From Candidatus Hydrogenedentota bacterium (lineage in GTDB: Bacteria; Hydrogenedentota; Hydrogenedentia; Hydrogenedentales; SLHB01): a stretch of 37,321 bases of DNA. Each line of letters opens with the position of its first letter. Within the stretch, counting starts at the first letter, position 1. A program made the position numbers and the translations under genes. The notes beneath the pieces were generated by a model. The model did no database searches. It saw nothing but the letters and a program-made list of their open reading frames with translations, and was not told the DNA's origin. The stretch is from the NCBI GenBank assembly GCA_034408725.1, contig JAWXCN010000174.1, positions 1 through 37,321 of the forward strand. Direction: 5' to 3'. Of this stretch, positions 18,451 to 26,665 are shown one piece after another.

Positions 18451-18565
18451 TTCGTGCTCCTGCTCGTCATCGTTATTGTAGCTCGTTATTGTTTCGAACC
18501 GTCGGGGCCAATTGTGGGAGTTGCGAATAACGATTACGAAGACGAGCAGGAGCACGAGCACGAAT
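18451..18565. repeat. Second inverted-repeat element with hexamer-microsatellite arms
   Basis: CGTGCTCCTGCTCGTC (18453-18468) is the exact reverse complement of GACGAGCAGGAGCACG (18541-18556). Inner CGTTATT pairs with AATAACG. Confidence 0.85.
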
Positions 18566-18634
18566 CGGAATTTTAGGCCCATTCGATAAACGAGCCGTGT
18601 TGCGCGGCCCGTCGTACCTCATTAAGATGCGCGC

Positions 18635-20818
18635 ATGTCGCAACCATCTCCCCCATCGGTATCTTTGCCATTTGTCGGCCTGATTGTCGCGCTTCAGCGC
18701 GTAGGCATGGCGATCTCCGCACTGCTGCTGTTCGCATCGATACTTGTTGCGCCGGTTCACGAAAGCGCGCTGGGCGGGGTGGTGGGCGTGGATGGCGTCT
18801 GGATGTACAGCCTCGCGCTGCTCTTCTTCACCGCGCAACACACCTGGATTCACGCAGCGGGCTTGCGCTTTTCGACGTTTGCCGCGACTCCCGCGACGCG
18901 CTGGGCGCGGTTTGCGTTTTTGTGCATGCTGCTTATCGGCGTTAATGCGTTCGTGATGTCCGCGCGCGGCATGTCGCATTGGGGCGTCGTATCGGGTCAT
19001 GACGAGCCGCAGTACTATGCCTACCTTCATTCCTGGTTTTTCGACCACGACGTCAATTTCGAGAATGAGCTCAAGCGCATTCCCGGCGCGTGGGAATTGA
19101 TGAGCACGGCGCATCCCGAACGGCCCGAATACAACGTCGCGCCGATTGGCACACCGATTGTCTGGATGCCGGTATACGCCGCCGCTCATGGCGTTATTCT
19201 GGTGTTGAACGCGCTCGGCGTTGCGCTTCCGGCGGACGGCATCTCAACGCCGTACGCGTTCGCGTGCGCGTTTGCGAGCAGTCTCTGCGTGTGGCTGGGC
19301 ATGCTGATGGTGCATGCATCACTCCGGCGCTGGTTTTCGGAGCGAACCGCGTTTTTTGCTACCGTTCTACTCTGGGTCGCGTCTCCGATTATCTGGTACC
19401 AGACGGATCAACCGTGGATGTCGCACGCGGCATCATTCTTCACCGCCGCGTTATTTTTCTGGCTGTGGGCGCGCAGCATCGATTCGCGCTCGCTGAAGGA
19501 ATGGATCGCGCTGGGGGCAGCACTTGGGCTTGCTATGCTGGTCCGGCCCACACACGCCGTACTTCTGCTTATACTTTTCGCGGATGTGCTGCGTGTAGTC
19601 CCAACACGCCGCCACCTCATGCGCGCGGTTTCCGGCCTTGCACTGGCCATTGTTGCCACAGGCTTGGTCTATTCGCTGCAACTTGCGATTTGGTATGCGC
19701 GCTACGATTGGGGCGAGCAGGGGATCAACACGCCGCCCGGTAGTCCCATGGCGTGGACGAGACCGGCTATCATGGAAGTCCTGTTTTCCGCGCACCACGG
19801 TTTGTTCGCGTGGCACCCGGTGCTGCTATCCGGTTTCGCGGGTCTTCTGATCATCTTTCGCAAATCGCGGTATACGGCTATTAGCCTCGCCGTATTGCTC
19901 GCGGCGTATGTCTACTCGAATGCTGCAATCGACGCCTGGCACGCGGGAGGATCGTTTGGCATGCGGCGGTTCGTCGGCGTGCTGCCGTTCATGGCGCCGG
20001 GCGTTGCGGCGCTGGGCGCGTGGCTCGTGACCACCTTGCGCAAGCATTATCTCGTGCCCGTGACTGGGGCCATCGCGCTGATTTTTTTATACAACGTGCT
20101 GTTGGTGGTCCAATTGCGCTCGGGTTGGACGCCCTTTGGCCGGCCCACGTCGTTTCAACAAGTGTGGGCGGCGTCAACGACCATTTTTCACGATACCTTT
20201 GGCAACCCATTTTCCTATCCAGCGAATTTGTTGTTTGCCTACGACCACCAGGTGTCGCCTTCGCAGTACGACGTGATGGGCGGCGTGCTGTTCTCGCCGG
20301 ACATCGACGTGCAAGGCCCCGCATTGCGCCCCTTTCTGGGCACGGGCTGGCAAACGGACTACGCCTACGCGTATCGGTTAAAGGGATCGTTCGCTGCACA
20401 GGCGCAACATAACGAACTCCTCCTATACATGCACGCTGGACACGCTTACGACATCAAGATTCATTTGTCATCGCCGACGCAAATGACGGAGTCCCAAGAA
20501 GCGCGGTTCTCGTTGAACGGGCATGATCTCGGCAAAGGCGTGCTCGAACCAAACGCGAAGACTGAGGCTACTTTGTTTGTACCTGGCGAAATCAGCCGGG
20601 AAGGACTGAACATCCTCAGCATCGATTTCGCGAGCGTCTTGCCGGTCTATCGTACCGGCTCGCGAGGAGAAGGCGGAGGACACGGTCTCGAATTGCCCAC
20701 CCGCAAACCCTATCCGGTCGCTGGATTCATTTCGCAACTGGTGGTGGCGACGCATTATGGCGATGCCGATGCCTCGGCGCCGGAGCCTTCCGCGGACTCG
20801 GGGACCGCGCCGGAGTAG
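18635..20818 (+). CDS. Polytopic membrane protein, probable GT-C-fold glycosyltransferase with C-terminal soluble domain
   Basis: Acidic first-loop motif HDEPQYYAYL.S..FD.D, about 13 TM segments, LVRP, GLF.WHP and GGSFGMRRF. Confidence 0.7.
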   Translation: MSQPSPPSVSLPFVGLIVALQRVGMAISALLLFASILVAPVHESALGGVVGVDGVWMYSLALLFFTAQHTWIHAAGLRFSTFAATPATRWARFAFLCMLLIGVNAFVMSARGMSHWGVVSGHDEPQYYAYLHSWFFDHDVNFENELKRIPGAWELMSTAHPERPEYNVAPIGTPIVWMPVYAAAHGVILVLNALGVALPADGISTPYAFACAFASSLCVWLGMLMVHASLRRWFSERTAFFATVLLWVASPIIWYQTDQPWMSHAASFFTAALFFWLWARSIDSRSLKEWIALGAALGLAMLVRPTHAVLLLILFADVLRVVPTRRHLMRAVSGLALAIVATGLVYSLQLAIWYARYDWGEQGINTPPGSPMAWTRPAIMEVLFSAHHGLFAWHPVLLSGFAGLLIIFRKSRYTAISLAVLLAAYVYSNAAIDAWHAGGSFGMRRFVGVLPFMAPGVAALGAWLVTTLRKHYLVPVTGAIALIFLYNVLLVVQLRSGWTPFGRPTSFQQVWAASTTIFHDTFGNPFSYPANLLFAYDHQVSPSQYDVMGGVLFSPDIDVQGPALRPFLGTGWQTDYAYAYRLKGSFAAQAQHNELLLYMHAGHAYDIKIHLSSPTQMTESQEARFSLNGHDLGKGVLEPNAKTEATLFVPGEISREGLNILSIDFASVLPVYRTGSRGEGGGHGLELPTRKPYPVAGFISQLVVATHYGDADASAPEPSADSGTAPE

Positions 20819-20838
20819 CGGCGCACGGGAGACGCGCG

Positions 20839-21294
20839 GTGAAACGTATGGACGTCGTGATTGCGCTGTTCATCGATGCTGCGGCGTACTTGGGCTACGC
20901 CATCGCGACGGGCGCATTCACACCTCCGTCCGCGAGTACGTTTCCGCGGACCGATGCCGCCATTCATTTGACCGTAATGGACGAGGTGAGCGGCGACGCC
21001 CTTCCCAGTTTCGGCTACACGGTCTACGATTCGCGGTTCCAGGCGGTGTACACACGCCATATCACAAAATGGACCATGGTCGAACAAAAGGCGAACACAC
21101 CAGTAACCATTGTGGAAGATTTGGAGCACGATAGCGTACTGGTCGTCCATCTGGACGGATACAAAGACTGTGCGCTTTGGAACCCGGAACCAGGCCAGTC
21201 TCTCGTCTTTTGGATGAGTCTGGTGGAAAACCGGGAAGACAGCAGGGTTGAAGAGTCGGCTACGCCCCATCGGCCAGATTCCGTCCAAAATTGA
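20839..21294 (+). CDS. Hypothetical protein with N-terminal hydrophobic segment
   Basis: 151-aa ORF with GGGAG RBS before the GTG. Fills the gap between two genes. No family recognised. Confidence 0.5.
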   Translation: MKRMDVVIALFIDAAAYLGYAIATGAFTPPSASTFPRTDAAIHLTVMDEVSGDALPSFGYTVYDSRFQAVYTRHITKWTMVEQKANTPVTIVEDLEHDSVLVVHLDGYKDCALWNPEPGQSLVFWMSLVENREDSRVEESATPHRPDSVQN

Positions 21295-21361
21295 CATTTC
21301 GGCTGCAAGGCTGGGATGATGGTGAACAGACTGTCAATTGACGTAATGTGGTACTGGAGTC

Positions 21362-24300
21362 ATGGTTACGCATTTTAGAACACGTGAGCAAGCCGTTCTG
21401 GCATTTTGCTTCAGCCTGTCAGTATCGCTCGCCGCATCCGCGGCCGATGCGGTCGCTTATAACCGCGACATCCGTCCCATTCTCTCCGAACATTGTTTTA
21501 CCTGCCACGGCCCCGACAAGAACGCGCGAAAGGCGGACTTGCGCCTCGATAACCGCGACGGCGCGACAGGCATGCTCGGCGACGGCGCGCGCCTGACCAG
21601 CGAGCTTTGGAAACGCATTTCCAGCGCAGACCCGGCCGATCAAATGCCGCCGCCGGCCGCAAACAAACCGCTCAGCCCGGCGCAAATCGAGATGGTCGGC
21701 AAATGGCTGGATTCGGGCGCGAACTACGAAAAGCATTGGGCGTTCCTGCCAATTAATAAAGAAGCGCCGCCAGAAGTCGAGAAATCCGATTGGCCCCGGA
21801 ACGACGTCGATCTGTTTGTGCTGTCGCGGCAGGAACGCGCGGGCATTTCTCCCAACCCCGAGGCGGACAGGCGCACGCTCATTCGCCGGTTGCATTTTGA
21901 TCTCATCGGATTGCCCCCGACACCGGAGCAGGTCGAAACGTTTGTAAACGACACGTCCCCCGACGCCTATGACCGGTTGGTTGCGGAACTGCTGGCGAAT
22001 CCGCAATACGGCGAGCGGTGGGCGCGGCATTGGCTGGACCTTGCGCGGTTTGCCGAAAGCCACGGATACGAGCAGGACTATGATCGGAAGTACGCGTATT
22101 ACTACCGCGATTTCGTCATCGAGGCATTTAACCAGGATTTGCCCTTCGACACGTTCGTGAAATGGCAGATCGCCGGCGATGAATTTGCGCCGGAGAATCC
22201 GCTTGCGATGATGGCGACAGGGTTTCTTGCCGCAGGCACGCACGCGACGCAGATCACCATGAGCCAGGTGGAAAAGGAGCGCTATGACGAGTTGGACGAC
22301 ATGGCGCGGACCATTGGCACTTCCATGCTGGGACTTACCATCGGTTGCGCGCGTTGCCACGATCACAAATACGATCCCATCTCGATGGCGGAATATTACA
22401 GTTTCGTCTCAACCTTCACCAAGACCGTGCGCTCGGACTTTCCGATTGATGTCGGCCCGGAACGCTATGCGCGCGCGAAGGCCGTGTACGACGATGAACA
22501 TGCGCCGTTCCTCGCGAGCCTCGCGGAATATGAAGCCGGTCCTCTCGCCGCACAGTTCGAAGAATGGTTGAGCGAGCAGCTCACAACCGAAGCGAAGCCG
22601 CTTTGGATCGCTGTCGATGTTTTTAATTATGCGTCGGCCGGGGGCGCGCGCATGGGACGTTTATCCGACGGCTCGGTGCTGGTGTCGGGAACAACGCCCG
22701 AGTTTGACACGTATACGTTTGAGGCGAAAACTACGCTCACCGGCGTGACCAGTGTGCGTATTGACACGTTGACCGACGCGTCTTTGGTGAGCAACGGTCC
22801 GGGTCGCGCGGAAAACGGCAATTTCGCGCTCTCCGATTTCAAGGTGAGCATGCGACCGGCTGGAACCGATCCGAAAACCGAGGTAAAGCTCATCAACCCG
22901 CGCGCTACGCACGAGCAGGCGGGATTCCCGGTAGCGAATGCGATCGACGCCGATGCAAACACGGCGTGGGCAGTGGACGGACAACTCGGCAAGGACCAAT
23001 CGGCGGCGTTTGATTTCGAGCAGCCGGCGGGATTTCCCGATGGGACCGTTTTCACGTTTACCCTCGAATTCAAGGGCAACAACAAGCACGCTATAGGCCG
23101 TCCTCGTATTTCCATTACCACCGCGCCACCACCGGCGGGATTCGATCTCGCGCTCATGCCGCAGGAACTGTCGAAAATGCTTGCGGCGAAACGCGGGCAG
23201 GCAGACGCCGCCTTGTCGCCGCGTGAACGACAAAAACTGTTCGATTTCTTCAAGAAACAGGATGGCAAGTGGCGGGAACTCTGGACTGCCGAACAGAAGC
23301 ACGCGGAGAATGCGCCGAAGCCTGGCGCGGTGACGGTGCTCATCAGTAGCGAAGGCGTGCCCGCGATTCGCACACACACGCAGGGTGGCGATTACCTCGA
23401 AGAAACGCATATCCTCACGCGCGGCGATCCCAATCAGAAAGGCGAAATTGCGTCGCAAAGTTTTCCCGCGGCGCTCACCATGTCGCCCGAAGGCGAGTCG
23501 CGCTGGTTGGTGAATCCGCCGGTGGGTGCGCGGACATCGTACAAGCGCACGGCGTTATCAAACTGGATCACGGACACGAAACATGGCGCGGGCGAATTGC
23601 TCGCGCGCGTGATCGTGAATCGCATCTGGCAACATCATTTCAACCGTGGAATCGTGGCGACTCCGAGCGATTTCGGATTCAAGGGCGAACCGCCGTCCAA
23701 TCCGGAGCTGCTGGATTGGCTTGCATCGGAACTTATTGCAAACGGCTGGAGTTTGAAGCACATTCAAATCCTGATCCTGACCAGCGCGACGTACCGGCAG
23801 ACTGCCGCAAACGATGATGCGAAGGCGCAGGCCGATCCGATGAACACGCTCGTGTGGCATTTTCCGCGCCAACGCGTCGAGGCAGAAATCATCCGTGACA
23901 CGATGCTCTCTGTCGCCGGAGAACTGGATACTTCCATGTTCGGGCCAAGCACGCTCGATCAAGACATGAAACGGCGCAGCATCTATTTCATGATCAAGCG
24001 CAGCAAGCTCGTTCCTGTGTTGACGGTATTTGACGCGCCGGACGCGACCGTAGGCATTGATCAGCGGCCATGCACGACCGTCGCGCCGCAAGCGTTGACG
24101 GTGATGAACAGTCCTAATGTGCGCGGTTACGCGGAATCGCTCGCGCGCCGAATGTGCGCGGACAACTCCACAAACACCGACGCGGCCGTGCGCACTGGTT
24201 TCATGCTGACACTGAGCCGTCCGCCCAGCGATTCCGAGTTGGCGCAGTCGCTGGCGTTTCTCGACGCGCAGGCAAAATCCTACGAAACCGCAATGGTCGA

Positions 24301-24376
24301 AGCGCCGCGGCAAACCGCCATGACCGATTTTGCGCAGGCGCTGCTGGGATTGAATGAGTTCGTGTATGTTGAATAA
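21362..24376 (+). CDS. Planctomycete cytochrome c + DUF1549 + DUF1553 (PSD1) domain protein
   Basis: YNRDIRPILSEHCFTCHG, LIRRLHFDL.GLPPT, YGERWARHWLD, CARCHDHKYDP, ARVIVNRIWQHHF, PELLDWLA and terminal NEFVYV. Confidence 0.95.
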   Translation: MVTHFRTREQAVLAFCFSLSVSLAASAADAVAYNRDIRPILSEHCFTCHGPDKNARKADLRLDNRDGATGMLGDGARLTSELWKRISSADPADQMPPPAANKPLSPAQIEMVGKWLDSGANYEKHWAFLPINKEAPPEVEKSDWPRNDVDLFVLSRQERAGISPNPEADRRTLIRRLHFDLIGLPPTPEQVETFVNDTSPDAYDRLVAELLANPQYGERWARHWLDLARFAESHGYEQDYDRKYAYYYRDFVIEAFNQDLPFDTFVKWQIAGDEFAPENPLAMMATGFLAAGTHATQITMSQVEKERYDELDDMARTIGTSMLGLTIGCARCHDHKYDPISMAEYYSFVSTFTKTVRSDFPIDVGPERYARAKAVYDDEHAPFLASLAEYEAGPLAAQFEEWLSEQLTTEAKPLWIAVDVFNYASAGGARMGRLSDGSVLVSGTTPEFDTYTFEAKTTLTGVTSVRIDTLTDASLVSNGPGRAENGNFALSDFKVSMRPAGTDPKTEVKLINPRATHEQAGFPVANAIDADANTAWAVDGQLGKDQSAAFDFEQPAGFPDGTVFTFTLEFKGNNKHAIGRPRISITTAPPPAGFDLALMPQELSKMLAAKRGQADAALSPRERQKLFDFFKKQDGKWRELWTAEQKHAENAPKPGAVTVLISSEGVPAIRTHTQGGDYLEETHILTRGDPNQKGEIASQSFPAALTMSPEGESRWLVNPPVGARTSYKRTALSNWITDTKHGAGELLARVIVNRIWQHHFNRGIVATPSDFGFKGEPPSNPELLDWLASELIANGWSLKHIQILILTSATYRQTAANDDAKAQADPMNTLVWHFPRQRVEAEIIRDTMLSVAGELDTSMFGPSTLDQDMKRRSIYFMIKRSKLVPVLTVFDAPDATVGIDQRPCTTVAPQALTVMNSPNVRGYAESLARRMCADNSTNTDAAVRTGFMLTLSRPPSDSELAQSLAFLDAQAKSYETAMVEAPRQTAMTDFAQALLGLNEFVYVE

Positions 24377-24406
24377 CAGGGAACGCTCCGGCCAAGGAAG
24401 TCTGTG

Positions 24407-24604
24407 ATGAGTGTCAAAGTTTCTGATTTGACGGTTGATGAGCTTCGCGATCTGATCGCCCGCTCCGTCCAGGAATCCATTGAGGAAATCATGGAAGACT
24501 TGGCGGCGCTTGCAAATCCGGAGTACCTGGATTCCGTTCGCGAGGCGCGTAAGGACTATGCGGAGGGTCGTTGCGTTTCACTTGATGAATTGACGCGTGG
24601 CTAA
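24407..24604 (+). CDS. Putative antitoxin of a type II TA pair
   Basis: Small acidic protein ending REARKDYAEGRCVSLDEL. Overlaps the downstream RelE start. Confidence 0.8.
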   Translation: MSVKVSDLTVDELRDLIARSVQESIEEIMEDLAALANPEYLDSVREARKDYAEGRCVSLDELTRG

Positions 24605-24848
24605 AGTACTCTTCACATCACGCGCTCAACGGGACTTGGATGGACTAACCGGCGAGGTTAAGCAACGAATCTTGGCGCGAATCGCGGAGTACGCAACGAA
24701 TCCATTGCTAAACGCACGTAAATTAACGAATGCATCGCTCGGAACCTATCGGTTTCGAATCGGTGACTATCGAGCGGTATTCGATCTGGAAGCTGACAAC
24801 CTCGTTATTCTAAGAATACGGCATCGACGAGAAGTATATCGGGATTAA
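24597..24848 (+). CDS. RelE/ParE family toxin (RelE-like)
   Basis: 83-aa basic protein with FTSRAQRDL, YRFRIGDYRAVF and ILRIRHRREVY. Confidence 0.92.
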   Translation: MAKVLFTSRAQRDLDGLTGEVKQRILARIAEYATNPLLNARKLTNASLGTYRFRIGDYRAVFDLEADNLVILRIRHRREVYRD

Positions 24849-24865
24849 ACCACCCGGAGAATAGA

Positions 24866-25120
24866 ATGTTAAGCACCGGCTTGCGTAGCATGAGGGAAAT
24901 CGCGATGGATGAAGCATTGCCATTCGCGCGGCAAGGCACACCGCAGGCGGGTAGCGATTGGCGCGATATTGCGTCGCTTCTCCTGGCGTTTCCAGCGCTC
25001 AAGACTAAACAGGGCGATGTGTTGGGGCAATTGCGCGCGCATAATGCGAGCGATGCCGTAATAAACGAATGGAACGCGACCGTGCAACGGGAAATACTTC
25101 CCGACAATGACGAGTATTAA
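24866..25120 (+). pseudogene. 84-aa ORF, probably an in-frame internally deleted nucleotidyltransferase-like gene
   Basis: GGAG RBS and an intact frame. Both ends resemble, from my recollection and not verified by search, the termini of a ~210-aa family ending G.DWRD...LLL.FP.LK. The central domain is absent. Confidence 0.45.
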
Positions 25121-25123
25121 ACA

Positions 25124-26611
25124 ATGAACAGCGATTCGCTCCCGCATTTTGTGGCCTCACCCGCGACATGTTTTTGTTCGCGGCGGGATTTTCTGCGCAG
25201 GACCGGGCAGGGATTTGGCGCGCTCGCACTCGCGGGGTTGCTCGACAAGGCAGGACTGCTAACGGCGCAAGGCGAGGAGGCGTTGAACCCGCTCGCAGCA
25301 CGGTCAGGACACTTTGACGCGAAGGCGAAATCGGTCATTTGGTTGTTCATGAACGGCGGGCCGAGCCAGGTGGACACCTGGGACTATAAACCCGAATTGA
25401 CGAAGCTGGATGGCAAACCCCTGGAAGGTTTCGACAATTCGACGGGATTCTTCGTGGAAGAGGTCGGTCCGCTGATGAAGTCGCCGTTTGCGTGGCAACA
25501 GCACGGCCAGTCGGGCACGTGGGTGCCGGAGATTTTTCCGAACATTGCGCAGCACGTCGACGATATCGCCTTCGTTCACTCCTGCCATACGGAAACGAAT
25601 AACCACTCCCCCGCGCTCTTCCAGATCAATACCGGCATGAGCCGCATGGGCTTTCCGAGTGTAGGCGCGTGGGTGAGCTATGGTCTTGGCTCGGAAAATC
25701 AGAACCTGCCGGGCTACGTCGTGATGTACGACACGCTCGGGCGCGGGTTGCCAAAAGGCTATTCACAGAATTGGGGCGCGGGCTTTCTGCCCGGCATCTA
25801 TCAGGGCACGGCGCTGAAGCATCAGGGGCAACCCATCGACAACCTTTCGCGGCTCGCAACAATGACGGATGAACAGCAGCGGCGGCAACTTGATCTCATG
25901 GCCGCATTGAACCGCGAGCATCAGCAGCAAACCGGCGGCGACGCGGAGCTCGCAACCCGCATCGAGAGTTTCGAATTGGCGTATCGCATGCAAATGGCCG
26001 CGCCAGACGCACTCGATGTCGAATCCGAACCGGAACACGTCAAGAAGCTGTACGGCCTCGACAATGAGAAGTGCACGCACTTCGCGAAGCAGTGTATCGT
26101 CGCGCGGCGGCTGGTCGAGCGGGGCGTGCGGTTTATCCAGATTTACAGCGGCGGCGAGGAGAATGAAAAGAGCTGGGACGGCCACCTGAACATCGAGCAG
26201 AACCACCGAGGGTTCGCGGGCGAAACGGACCAGCCTATCGCTGGTTTGCTGGCTGACCTCAAGCAACGCGGACTTTTGGAAAACACGCTCGTCATTTGGG
26301 GCGGCGAGTTTGGACGCTTGCCGCTGGCGCAACGCCCCAAAAGCGATCCTTCGCGCTCGGGCCGGGACCACAATCCGCACGCGTTCACGACGTGGTTCGC
26401 GGGTGGCGGCGTGAAAGGCGGCACGCACTATGGTGAGACGGACCACGTTGGCCACAAGGCCGCGGTGGACAAAGTGAGCGTGAATGATCTGCATGCGACG
26501 ATATTGCATTTGATGGGCATCGACCACCTGAAACTCACGCACCGGTACAATGGCCGAGATTTTCGCCTTACCGACGTAGCCGGTGAAGTAGTCAAAGGCA
26601 TACTCGCCTGA
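25124..26611 (+). CDS. DUF1501 domain protein (sulfatase-like fold, Tat signal)
   Basis: SRRDFL, VIWLFMNGGPSQVDTWD, YGLGSENQNLP, SFELAYRMQ, GGEFGR, GRDHNP and RLTDVAG. Confidence 0.95.
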   Translation: MNSDSLPHFVASPATCFCSRRDFLRRTGQGFGALALAGLLDKAGLLTAQGEEALNPLAARSGHFDAKAKSVIWLFMNGGPSQVDTWDYKPELTKLDGKPLEGFDNSTGFFVEEVGPLMKSPFAWQQHGQSGTWVPEIFPNIAQHVDDIAFVHSCHTETNNHSPALFQINTGMSRMGFPSVGAWVSYGLGSENQNLPGYVVMYDTLGRGLPKGYSQNWGAGFLPGIYQGTALKHQGQPIDNLSRLATMTDEQQRRQLDLMAALNREHQQQTGGDAELATRIESFELAYRMQMAAPDALDVESEPEHVKKLYGLDNEKCTHFAKQCIVARRLVERGVRFIQIYSGGEENEKSWDGHLNIEQNHRGFAGETDQPIAGLLADLKQRGLLENTLVIWGGEFGRLPLAQRPKSDPSRSGRDHNPHAFTTWFAGGGVKGGTHYGETDHVGHKAAVDKVSVNDLHATILHLMGIDHLKLTHRYNGRDFRLTDVAGEVVKGILA

Positions 26612-26637
26612 CATCCGCGCCGTGATTTTGCGATAAT
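26608..26637 (+). promoter_or_regulatory. Putative sigma70-type promoter
   Basis: CTGACA, then 18 nt, then GATAAT with a TG extension, ending 28 nt before ATG 26666. Confidence 0.4.
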
Positions 26638-26665
26638 CCCCTTTTCCACGTCACGGGGTATCGCC

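Noticed and set aside
21289..21342. AATTGACA...TGTCAATT inverted repeat and GTCAATTGAC palindrome upstream of DUF1553
   Set aside because: Possibly a promoter or operator, but the -10 match is poor and there is no second instance, so support is insufficient.
21419..26614. Long antisense ORFs (e.g. 21419-22366, 22661-23458, 25763-26614) and similar ones across the window
   Set aside because: These are shadow ORFs expected opposite real genes in GC-rich DNA. They have no motifs and atypical composition.
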